From the human T2T-CHM13v2.0 reference genome, Homo sapiens, in the NCBI RefSeq assembly GCF_009914755.1, contig NC_060942.1: DNA of 64,000 nt, one strand, 5' to 3'. Below, piece after piece: positions 54,201 to 64,000 of this stretch. The notes below the pieces were generated by a model. The model worked only from the letters and a program-made list of their open reading frames with translations. It ran no database searches and was not told where the DNA came from. Position numbers and translations under genes: made by a program. The first letter of the stretch is position 1. Every line of letters begins with the position of its first letter.

Positions 54201-56074
54201 CAGAAACTTCTCTGGGATGTTTGCATTCAAATCACAGAGTAGAACATTCCCTTTGGTAGAGCAGGTTTGAAACACTCTTTTTGTAGTATCTGGAAGTGGA
54301 CATTTGGAGCGCTTTCAGGCCCATGTTGGAAAGGGAAATATCTTCCCGTAACAACTAGGCAGAAGCATTCTCAGAAACTTATTTGAGATGTGTGTACTCA
54401 ACTAAGAGAATTGAACCACCGTTTTGAAGGAGCAGTTTTGAAACCCTCTTTTTCTGGAATCTGCAAGAGTATATTTGCCTAGCCTTGAGGATTTCGTTGG
54501 AAACGGGATTGTCTTCAGATAAAATCTAGACAGAAGCATTCTCAGAAACTTCTTTGGGATGTTTGCATTCAAGTCACAGAGTAGAACATTCCCTTTGGTA
54601 GAGCAGGTTTGAAACACTCTTTTTTTAGTATATGGAAGTGGACATTTGGAGCGCTTTCAGGCCTACGTTGGAAAAGGAAATATCTTCCCATAACAACTAG
54701 ACAGAAGCATTCTCAGAAACTAGTTTCTGATGTGTGTCCTCAACTAACACAGTTGTACATTTCTTTAGACAGAATAGTTTTGAAACACTCTTTTTGTGGA
54801 ATCTGCAAGTGGATATTGGGCTAGATTTGAGGATTTCGTTGGAAACGGGATTACATATAAAAAGCAGTCAGCAGCATTCTCAGAAAGTTCTTTGTGATGA
54901 TTGCATTCAAGTCACAGAATTGAACATTCCCTTTCCAGAGCAGGTTTGAAACACTCTTTTTGTAGTGTGTGTAAGTGGACATTTGGAGCGCTTTCCGGCC
55001 TAAGGTGAAAAAGGACATATCTTCCCATAAAAACTAGACAGAAGCATTCTCAGAAACTTACTCGTGATGTGTGTCCTCAACTAAAGGAGTAGCACCTTTC
55101 TATTCATAGAGAAGTTTTGAAACGCTCTTTTTGTGGAATCTCCAAGTGGATATTTGGCTAGTGTTGAGGATTTCGTTGGAAGCGGGAATTCATACAAATT
55201 GCAGACTGCAGCGTTCTGAGAAACATCTTTGTGATGTTTGTATTCAGGACACAGAGATGAACATTCCCTATCATAGAGCAGGTTGGAATCACTCCTTTTG
55301 TAGTATCTGGAAGTGGACATTTGGAGCGCTTTCAGGCCTATGTTGAAAAAGGAAATATCTTCCCATAACAACTAGACACAAACATTCTCAGAAACTTGTT
55401 TGTGATGTGTGCCCTCTACTGACAGAGTTGAACCTTTCTTTTCATAGAGCAGTTTCGAAACACTCTTTTTGTAGAATCTGCAAGAGGATATTTGCATGGC
55501 TTTGAGGATTTCGTGGGAAACGGGATTGTCTTCAGGTAAAATCTAGACAGAAGCATTCTCAGAAACTTCTTTGGGATGTTTGCATTCAAGTCACAGAGTA
55601 GAACATTCCCTTTGGTAGAGTAGGTTTGAAACACTCTTTTTGTAGTATCTGGAAGTGGACATTTGGAGTGATTTCAGGCCCATGTTGGAAAGGGAAATAT
55701 CTTCCCGTAACAACTAGGCAGAAGCATTCTCAGAAACTTCTTTGAGATGTGTGGACTCAACTAAGAGAATTGAACCACCGTTTTGAAGGAGCAGTTTTGA
55801 AACCCTCTTTTTCTGGAATCTGCAAGAGTATATTTGCCTAGCCTTGAGGATTTCGTTGGAAACGGGATTGTCTTCAGATAAAATCTAGACAGAAGCATTC
55901 TCAGAAACTTCTTTGGGATGTTTGCATTCAAGTCACAGAGTAGAACATTCCCTTTGGTAGAGCAGGTTTGAAACACTCTTTTTTTAGTATATGGAAGTGG
56001 ACATTTGGAGCTCTTTCAGGCCTACGTTGGAAAAGGAAATATCTTCCCATAACAACTAGACAGAAGCATTCTCA

Positions 56075-57091
56075 GAAACTAGTTTCTGATGTGTGTCCTC
56101 AACTACCACAGTTGTACATTTCTTTACACAGAACAGTTTTGAAACACTCTTTTTGTGGAATCTGCAAGTGGATATTGGGGTAGATTTGAGGATTTCGTTG
56201 GAAACGGGATTACATATAAAAAGCAGACAGCAGCATTCTCAGAAAGTTCTTTGTGATGATTGCATTCAAGTCACAGAATTGAACATTCCCTTTCATAGAG
56301 CAGGTTTGAAACACTCTTTTTGTAGTGTGTGTAAGTGGACATTTGGAGCGCTTTCCGGCCTAAGGTGAAAAAGGACATATCTTCCCATAAAAACTAGACA
56401 GAAGCATTCTCAGAAACTTACTCGTGATGTGTGTCCTCAACTAAAGGAGTAGAACCTTTCTATTCATAGAGAAGTTTTGAAACGCTCTTTTTGTGGAATC
56501 TCCAAGTGGATATTTGGCTAGTTTTGAGGATTTCGTTGGAAGCGGGAATTCATACAAATTGCAGACTGCAGCGTTCTGAGAAACATCTTTGTGATGTTTG
56601 TATTCAGGACACAGAGATGAACATTCCCTATCATAGAGCAGATTGGAATCACTCCTTTTGTAGTATCTGGAAGTGGACATTTGGAGCGCTTTCAGGCCTA
56701 TGTTGAAAAAGGAAATATCTTCCCATAACAACTAGACACAAGCATTCTCAGAAACTTGTTTGTGATGTGTGCCCTCTACTGACAGAGTTGAACCTTTCTT
56801 TTCATAGAGCAGTTTTGAAACACTCTTTTATAGAATCCGCAAGAGGATATTTGCATAGCTTTGAGGATTTCGTGGGAAACGGGATTGTCTTCAGGTAAAA
56901 TCTAGACAGAAGCATTCTCAGAAACTTCTTTGGGATGTTTGCATTCAAGTCACAGAGTAGAACATTCCCTTTGGTAGAGCAGGTTTGAAACACTCTTTTT
57001 TTAGTATATGGAAGTGGACATTTGGAGCGCTTTCAGGCCTACGTTGGAAAAGGAAATATCTTCCCATAACAACTAGACAGAAGCATTCTCA
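56075..57091 (+). repeat. 6-mer structural variant HOR (1017 bp) with a third junction type
   Basis: Spacing 56093 to 57110 = 1017 (342-bp deletion plus the 1-bp loss at 56830). Monomer-5 CAGGTAAAAT is followed by monomer-8 TTTTTTTAGTATATGG; junction within 56896-57000. Confidence 0.95.
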
Positions 57092-60000
57092 GAAACTAGT
57101 TTCTGATGTGTGTCCTCAACTAACACAGTTGTACATTTCTTTAGACAGAACAGTTTTGAAACACTCTTTTTGTGGAATCTGCAAGTGGATATTGGGCTAG
57201 ATTTGAGGATTTCGTTGGAAACGGGATTACATATAAAAAGCAGACAGCAGCATTCTCAGAAAGTTCTTTGTGATGATTGCATTCAAGTCACAGAATTGAA
57301 CATTCCCTTTCACAGAGCAGGTTTGAAACACTCTTTTTGTAGTGTGTGTAAGTGGACATTTGGAGCGCTTTCCGGCCTAAGGTGAAAAAGGAAATATCTT
57401 CCCATAAAAACTAGACAGAAGCATTCTCAGAAACTTACTCGTGATGTGTGTCCTCAACTAAAGGAGTAGAACCTTTCTATTCATAGAGAAGTTTTGAAAC
57501 GCTCTTTTTGTGGAATCTCCAAGTGGATATTTGGCTAGTTTTGAGGATTTCGTTGGAAGCGGGAATTCATACAAATTGCAGACTGCAGCGTTCTGAGAAA
57601 CATCTTTGTGATGTTTGTATTCAGGACACAGAGATGAACATTCCCTATCATAGAGCAGGTTGGAATCACTCCTTTTGTAGTATCTGGAAGTGGACATTTG
57701 GAGCGCTTTCAGGCCTATGTTGAAAAAGGAAATGTCTTCCCATAACAACTAGACACAAGCATTCTCAGAAACTTGTTTGTGATGTGTGCCCTCTACTGAC
57801 AGAGTTGAACCTTTCTTTTCATAGAGCAGTTTTGAAACACTCTTTTTGTAGAATCCGCAAGAGGATATTTGCATAGCTTTGAGGATTTCGTGGGAAACGG
57901 GATTGTCTTCAGGTAAAATCTAGACAGAAGCATTCTCAGAAACTTCTTTGGGATGTTTGCATTCAAGTCACAGAGTAGAACATTCCCTTTGGTAGAGCAG
58001 GTTTGAAACACTCTTTTTCTAGTATCTGGAAGTGGACATTTGGAGCGCTTTCAGGCCCATGTTGGAAAGGGAAATATCTTCCCGTAACAACTAGGCAGAA
58101 GCATTCTCAGAAACTTATTTGAGATGTGTGGACTCAACTAAGAGAATTGAACCACCGTTTTGAAGGAGCAGTTTTGAAACCCTCTTTTTCTGGAATCTGC
58201 AAGAGTATATTTGCCTAGCCTTGAGGATTTCGTTGGAAACGGGATTGTCTTCAGATAAAATCTAGACAGAAGCATTCTCAGAAACTTCTTTGGGATGTTT
58301 GCATTCAAGTCACAGAGTAGAACATTCCCTTTGGTAGAGCAGGTTTGAAACACTCTTTTTTTAGTATATGGAAGTGGACATTTGGAGCGCTTTCAGGCCT
58401 ACGTTGGAAAAGGAAATATCTTCCCATAACAACTAGACAGAAGCATTCTCAGAAACTAGTTTCTGATGTGTGTCCTCAACTAAAACAGTTGTACATTTCT
58501 TTACACAGAACAGTTTTGAAACACTCTTTTTGTGGTATCTGCAAGTGGATATTGGGGTAGATTTGAGGATTTCGTTGGAAACGGGATTACATATAAAAAG
58601 CAGACAGCAGCATTCTCAGAAAGTTCTTTGTGATGATTGCATTCAAGTCACAGAATTGAACATTCCCTTTCACAGAGCAGGTTTGAAACACTCTTTTTAT
58701 AGTGTGTGTAAGTGGACATTTGGAGCGCTTTCCGGCCTAAGGTGAAAAAGTACATATCTTCCCATAAAAACTAGACAGAAGCATTCTCAGAAACTTACTC
58801 GTGATGTGTGTCCTCAACTAAAGGAGTAGAACCTTTCTATTCATAGAGAAATTTTGAAACGCTCTTTTTGTGGAATCTCCAAGTGGATATTTGGCTAGTT
58901 TTGAGCATTTCGTTGGAAGCGGGAATTCATACAAATTGCAGACTGCAGCGTTCTGAGAAACATCTTTGTGATGTTTGTATTCAGGACACAGAGATGAACA
59001 TTCCCTATCATAGAGCAGGTTGGAATCACTCCTTTTGTAGTATCTGGAAGTGGACATTTGGAGCGCTTTCAGGCCTATGTTGAAAAAGGAAATATCTTCC
59101 CATAACAACTAGACACAAGCATTCTCAGAAACTTGTTTGTGATGTGTGCCCTCTACTGACAGAGTTGAACCTTTCTTTTCATAGAGCAGTTTTGAAACAC
59201 TCTTTTATAGAATCCGCAAGAGGATATTTGCATAGCTTTGAGGATTTCGTGGGAAACGGGATTGTCTTCAGGTAAAATCTAGACAGAAGCATTCTCAGAA
59301 ACTTCTTTGGGATGTTTGCATTCAAGTCACAGAGTAGAACATTCCCTTTGGTAGAGCAGGTTTGAAACACTCTTTTTGTAGTATCTGGAAGTGGACATTT
59401 GGAGCGCTTTCAGGCCCATGTTGGAAAGGGAAATATCTTCCCGTAACAACTAGGCAGAAGCATTCTCAGAAACTTATTTGAGATGTGTGTACTCAACTAA
59501 GAGAATTGAACCACCGTTTTGAAGGAGCAGTTTTGAAACCCTCTTTTTCTGGAATCTGCAAGAGTATATTTGCCTAGCCTTGAGGATTTCGTTGGAAACG
59601 GGATTGTCTTCAGATAAAATCTAGACAGAAGCATTCTCAGAAACTTCTTTGGGATGTTTGCATTCAAGTCACTGAGTAGAACATTCCCTTTGGTAGAGCA
59701 GGTTTGAAACACTCTTTTTTTAGTATATGGAAGTGGACATTTGGAGCGCTTTCAGGCCTACGTTGTAAAAGGAAATATCTTCCCATAACAACTAGACAGA
59801 AGCATTCTCAGAAACTAGTTTCTGATGTGTGTCCTCAACTACCACAGTTGTACATTTCTTTACACAGAACAGTTTTGAAACACTCTTTTTGTGGAATCTG
59901 CAAGTGGATATTGGGCTAGATTTGAGGATTTCGTTGGAAACGGGATTACATATAAAAAGCAGTCAGCAGCATTCTCAGAAAGTTCTTTGTGATGATTGCA

Positions 60001-63000
60001 TTCAAGTCACAGAATTGAACATTCCCTTTCCAGAGCAGGTTTGAAACACTCTTTTTGTAGTGTGTGTAAGTGGACATTTGGAGCGCTTTCCGGCCTAAGG
60101 TGAAAAAGGACATATCTTCCCATAAAAACTAGACAGAAGCATTCTCAGAAACTTACTCGTGATGTGTGTCCTCAACTAAAGGAGTAGCACCTTTCTATTC
60201 ATAGAGAAGTTTTGAAACGCTCTTTTTGTGGAATCTCCAAGTGGATATTTGGCTAGTGTTGAGGATTTCGTTGGAAGCGGGAATTCATACAAATTGCAGA
60301 CTGCAGCGTTCTGAGAAACATCTTTGTGATGTTTGTATTCAGGACACAGAGATGAACATTCCCTATCATAGAGCAGGTTGGAATCACTCCTTTTGTAGTA
60401 TCTGGAAGTGGACATTTGGAGCGCTTTCAGGCCTATGTTGAAAAAGGAAATATCTTCCCATAACAACTAGACACAAACATTCTCAGAAACTTGTTTGTGA
60501 TGTGTGCCCTCTACTGACAGAGTTGAACCTTTCTTTTCATAGAGCAGTTTCGAAACACTCTTTTTGTAGAATCTGCAAGAGGATATTTGCATAGCTTTGA
60601 GGATTTCGTGGGAAACGGGATTGTCTTCAGGTAAAATCTAGACAGAAGCATTCTCAGAAACTTCTTTGGGATGTTTGCATTCAAGTCACAGAGTAGAACA
60701 TTCCCTTTGGTAGAGTAGGTTTGAAACACTCTTTTTGTAGTATCTGGAAGTGGACATTTGGAGCGCTTTCAGGCCCATGTTGGAAAGGGAAATATCTTCC
60801 CGTAACAACTAGGCAGAAGCATTCTCAGAAACTTATTTGAGATGTGTGTACTCAACTAAGAGAATTGAACCACCGTTTTGAAGGAGCAGTTTTGAAACCC
60901 TCTTTTTCTGGAATCTGCAAGAGTATATTTGCCTAGCCTTGAGGATTTCGCTGGAAACGGGATTGTCTTCAGATAAAATCTAGACAGAAGCATTCTCAGA
61001 AACTTCTTTGGGATGTTTGCATTCAAGTCACAGAGTAGAACATTCCCTTTGGTAGAGCAGGTTTGAAACACTCTTTTTTTAGTATATGGAAGTGGACATT
61101 TGGAGCGCTTTCAGGCCTACGTTGGAAAAGGAAATATCTTCCCATAACAACTAGACAGAAGCATTCTCAGAAACTAGTTTCTGATGTGTGTCCTCAACTA
61201 AAACAGTTGTACATTTCTTTACACAGAACAGTTTTGAAACACTCTTTTTGTGGAATCTGCAAGTGGATATTGGGGTAGATTTGAGGATTTCGTTGGAAAC
61301 GGGATTACATATAAAAAGCAGACAGCAGCATTCTCAGAAAGTTCTTTGTGATGATTGCATTCAAGTCACAGAATTGAACATTCCCTTTCACAGAGCAGGT
61401 TTGAAACACTCTTTTTGTAGTGTGTGTAAGTGGACATTTGGAGCGCTTTCCGGCCTAAGGTGAAAAAGGACATATCTTCCCATAAAAACTAGACAGAAGC
61501 ATTCTCAGAAACTTACTCGTGATGTGTGTCCTCAACTAAAGGAGTAGAACCTTTCTATTCATAGAGAAGTTTTGAAACGCTCTTTTTGTGGAATCTCCAA
61601 GTGGATATTTGGCTAGTTTTGAGGATTTCGTTGGAAGCGGGAATTCATACAAATTGCAGACTGCAGCGTTCTGAGAAACATCTTTGTGATGTTTGTATTC
61701 AGGACACAGAGATGAACATTCCCTATCATAGAGCAGGTTGGAATCACTCCTTTTGTAGTATCTGGAAGTGGACATTTGGAGCGCTTTCAGGCCTATGTTG
61801 AAAAAGGAAATATCTTCCCATAACAACTAGACACAAGCATTCTCAGAAACTTGTTTGTGATGTGTGCCCTCTACTGACAGAGTTGAACCTTTCTTTTCAT
61901 AGAGCAGTTTTGAAACACTGTTTTTGTAGAATCCGCAAGAGGATATTTGCATAGCTTTGAGGATTTCGTGGGAAACGGGATTGTCTTCAGGTAAAATCTA
62001 GACAGAAGCATTCTCAGAAACTTCTTTGGGATGTTTGCATTCAAGTCACAGAGTAGAACATTCCCTTTGGTAGAGCAGGTTTGAAACACTCTTTTTGTAG
62101 TATCTGGAAGTGGACATTTGGAGCGCTTTCAGGCCCATGTTGGAAAGGGAAATATCTTCCCGTAACAACTAGGCAGAAGCATTCTCAGAAACTTATTTGA
62201 GATGTGTGTACCCAACTAAGAGAACTGAACCACCGTTTTGAAGGAGTAGTTTTGAAACACTCTTTTTCTGGAATCTGCAAGAGTATATTTGCCTAGCCTT
62301 GAGGATTTCGTTGGAAACGGGATTGTCTTCAGATAAAATCTAGACAGAAGCATTCTCAGAAACTTCTTTGAGATGTTTGCATTCAAGTCACAGAGTAGAA
62401 CATTCCCTTTGGTAGAGCAGGTTTGAAACACTCTTTTTTTAGTATATGGAAGTGGACATTTGGAGCGCTTTCAGGCCTACGTTGGAAAAGGAAATATCTT
62501 CCCATAACAACTAGACAGAAGCATTCTCAGAAACTAGTTTCTGATGTGTGTCCTCAACTAACACAGTTGTACATTTCTTTAGACAGAACAGTTTTGAAAC
62601 ACTCTTTTTGTGGAATCTGCAAGTGGATATTGGGCTAGATTTGAGGATTTCGTTGGAAACGGGATTACATATAAAAAGCAGTCAGCAGCATTCTCAGAAA
62701 GTTCTTTGTGATGATTGCATTCAAGTCACAGAATTGAACATTCCCTTTCATAGAGCAGGTTTGAAACACTCTTTTTGTAGTGTGTGTAAGTGGACATTTG
62801 GAGCGCTTTCCGGCCTAAGGTGAAAAAGGACATATCTTCCCATAAAAACTAGACAGAAGCATTCTCAGAAACTTACTCGTGATGTGTGTCCTCAACTAAA
62901 GGAGTAGAACCTTTCTATTCATAGATAAGTTTTGAAACGCTCTTTTTGTGGAATCTCCAAGTGGATATTTGGCTAGTTTTGAGGATTTCGTTGGAAGCGG

Positions 63001-64000
63001 GAATTCATACAAATTGCAGACTGCAGCGTTCTGAGAAACATCTTTGAGATGTTTGTATTCAAGACACAGAGATGAACATTCCCTATCATAGAGCATGTTG
63101 GAATCACTCCTTTTGTAGTATCTGGAAGTGGACATTTGGAGCGCTTTCAGGCCTATGTTGAAAAAGGAAATATCTTCCCATAACAACTAGACACAAGCAT
63201 TCTCAGAAACTTGTTTGTGATGTGTGCCCTCTACTGACAGAGTTGAACCTTTCTTTTCATAGAGCAGTTTTGAAACACTGTTTTTGTAGAATCCGCAAGA
63301 GGATATTTGCATAGCTTTGAGGATTTCGTGGGAAACGGGATTGTCTTCAGGTAAAATCTAGACAGAAGCATTCTCAGAAACTTCTTTGGGATGTTTGCAT
63401 TCAAGTCACAGAGTAGAACATTCCCTTTGGTAGAGCAGGTTTGAAACACTCTTTTTGTAGTATCTGGAAGTGGACATTTGGAGCGCTTTCAGGCCCATGT
63501 TGGAAAGGGAAATATCTTCCCGTAACAACTAGGCAGAAGCATTCTCAGAAACTTATTTGAGATGTGTGTACTCAACTAAGAGAATTGAACCACCGTTTTG
63601 AAGGAGCAGTTTTGAAACCCTCTTTTTCTGGAATCTGCAAGAGTATATTTGCCTAGCCTTGAGGATTTCGTTGGAAACGTGATTGTCTTCAGATCAAATC
63701 TAGACAGAAGCATTCTCAGAAACTTCTTTGGGATGTTTGCATTCAAGTCACAGAGTAGAACATTCCCTTTGGTAGAGCAGGTTTGAAACACTCTTTTTTT
63801 AGTATATGGAAGTGGACATTTGGAGTGCTTTCAGGCCTACGTTGGGAAAGGAAATATCTTCCCATAACAACTAGACAGAAGCATTCTCAGAAACTAGTTT
63901 CTGATGTGTGTCCTCAACTAACACAGTTGTACATTTCTTTATACAGAACAGTTTTGAAACACTCTTTTTGTGGAATCTGTAAGTGGATATTGGGCTAGAT

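Larger units (their letters stand above)
1..64000 (+). repeat. Centromeric alpha-satellite higher-order repeat array (homogeneous, live-type), 8-mer 1360-bp HOR
   Basis: Seen: ~171-bp monomers with the alphoid landmarks CATTCTCAGAAAC, TTTGAAACACTCTTTTTG and GTGGACATTTGGAGCGCTTT. Near-identical recurrence every 1360 bp (unit starts 1, 1361, 2721, 4081, ...), mirrored by the recurring ORF starts 19, 1379, 2739, ... 62548. No non-alphoid sequence seen. Confidence 0.99.
1..64000 (+). other. D18Z1: Probable identity: human chromosome 18 active centromere array D18Z1 (SF2), 8-mer variant region
   Basis: Seen: dimeric organisation, a 1.36-kb unit with a single EcoRI site (GAATTC 472-477), and the motifs TGGGAAACGGGATTGTCTTC and ACATTCCCTTTGGTAGAGCAG. 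From recall, not verified: these match D18Z1. Other SF2 arrays with ~8-mer units (D14Z9/D22Z1, D20Z2) cannot be excluded without alignment. Confidence 0.7.

Noticed and set aside
4875-60962. CENP-B box variants such as TTTCGTTTGAAACGGGA, TTTCGTTAGAAACGGGA, TTTCGTGGAAAACGGGA, TTTCGTTGCAAACGGGA and TTTCGCTGGAAACGGGA as loss-of-function
   Set aside because: The changes fall at non-core positions; NTTCGNNNNANNCGGGN is preserved.
19-63998. The many short ORFs (61-100 aa) in the supplied track as protein-coding genes
   Set aside because: They recur with the HOR period on both strands, overlap each other, resemble no protein family I recognise, and are freely truncated or frameshifted by variants. 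They are translated alpha-satellite.
1-64000. CRISPR-like array or a novel prokaryotic repeat-based system
   Set aside because: There are no unique spacers and no cas or other genes. The repeats are contiguous ~171-bp alphoid monomers with CENP-B boxes.
1-64000. Transposable element insertion (L1, Alu) or strand inversion
   Set aside because: All unit-to-unit spacings are 1358-1360 or 1017-1018 bp, leaving no room for an insertion. There are no poly-A tails, and the landmarks stay on the same strand throughout.
1-64000. Calling this the kinetochore site or centromere dip region
   Set aside because: That is defined by CENP-A occupancy and hypomethylation, which cannot be read from sequence.
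1-64000. Treating the sequence as a synthetic or model-generated centromere (GRCh38-style centromere model)
   Set aside because: Rare variants stay in phase over 3.5-5.4 kb at fixed offsets, which a short-range monomer model would be unlikely to reproduce. Local assembly errors cannot be excluded without reads.

Overview
The whole 64 kb window is one uninterrupted, single-orientation array of primate (human-type) centromeric alpha-satellite. It is a dimer-based higher-order repeat (HOR) in which CENP-B-box monomers alternate with pJalpha-type monomers, most consistent with suprachromosomal family 2. The basic HOR is an 8-mer of 1360 bp (monomer lengths 167,171,167,171,171,171,171,171) with four CENP-B boxes and one EcoRI site. 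I count 48 complete units plus a partial one: 44 8-mers (1358-1360 bp) and four 6-mer deletion variants (1017-1018 bp). My best guess for the locus is the chromosome 18 live array D18Z1 (8-mer form); this rests on recall and needs alignment. I see no genes, RNA genes, transposons, inversions or CRISPR arrays, and all listed ORFs are chance by-products of the repeat. I did not find a new biological system. The informative signal is array evolution: three distinct junctions give the same 342-bp dimer deletion; nested tandem and dispersed duplications occur at offsets of 2718/2720, 5438, 11894 and 14271 bp; two haplotype domains each form a 2718-bp two-HOR period; there are gene-conversion patches, one with bases not explained by the local 8-mer; and a CENP-B box mutation has been propagated to five copies. 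All comparisons were made by eye.
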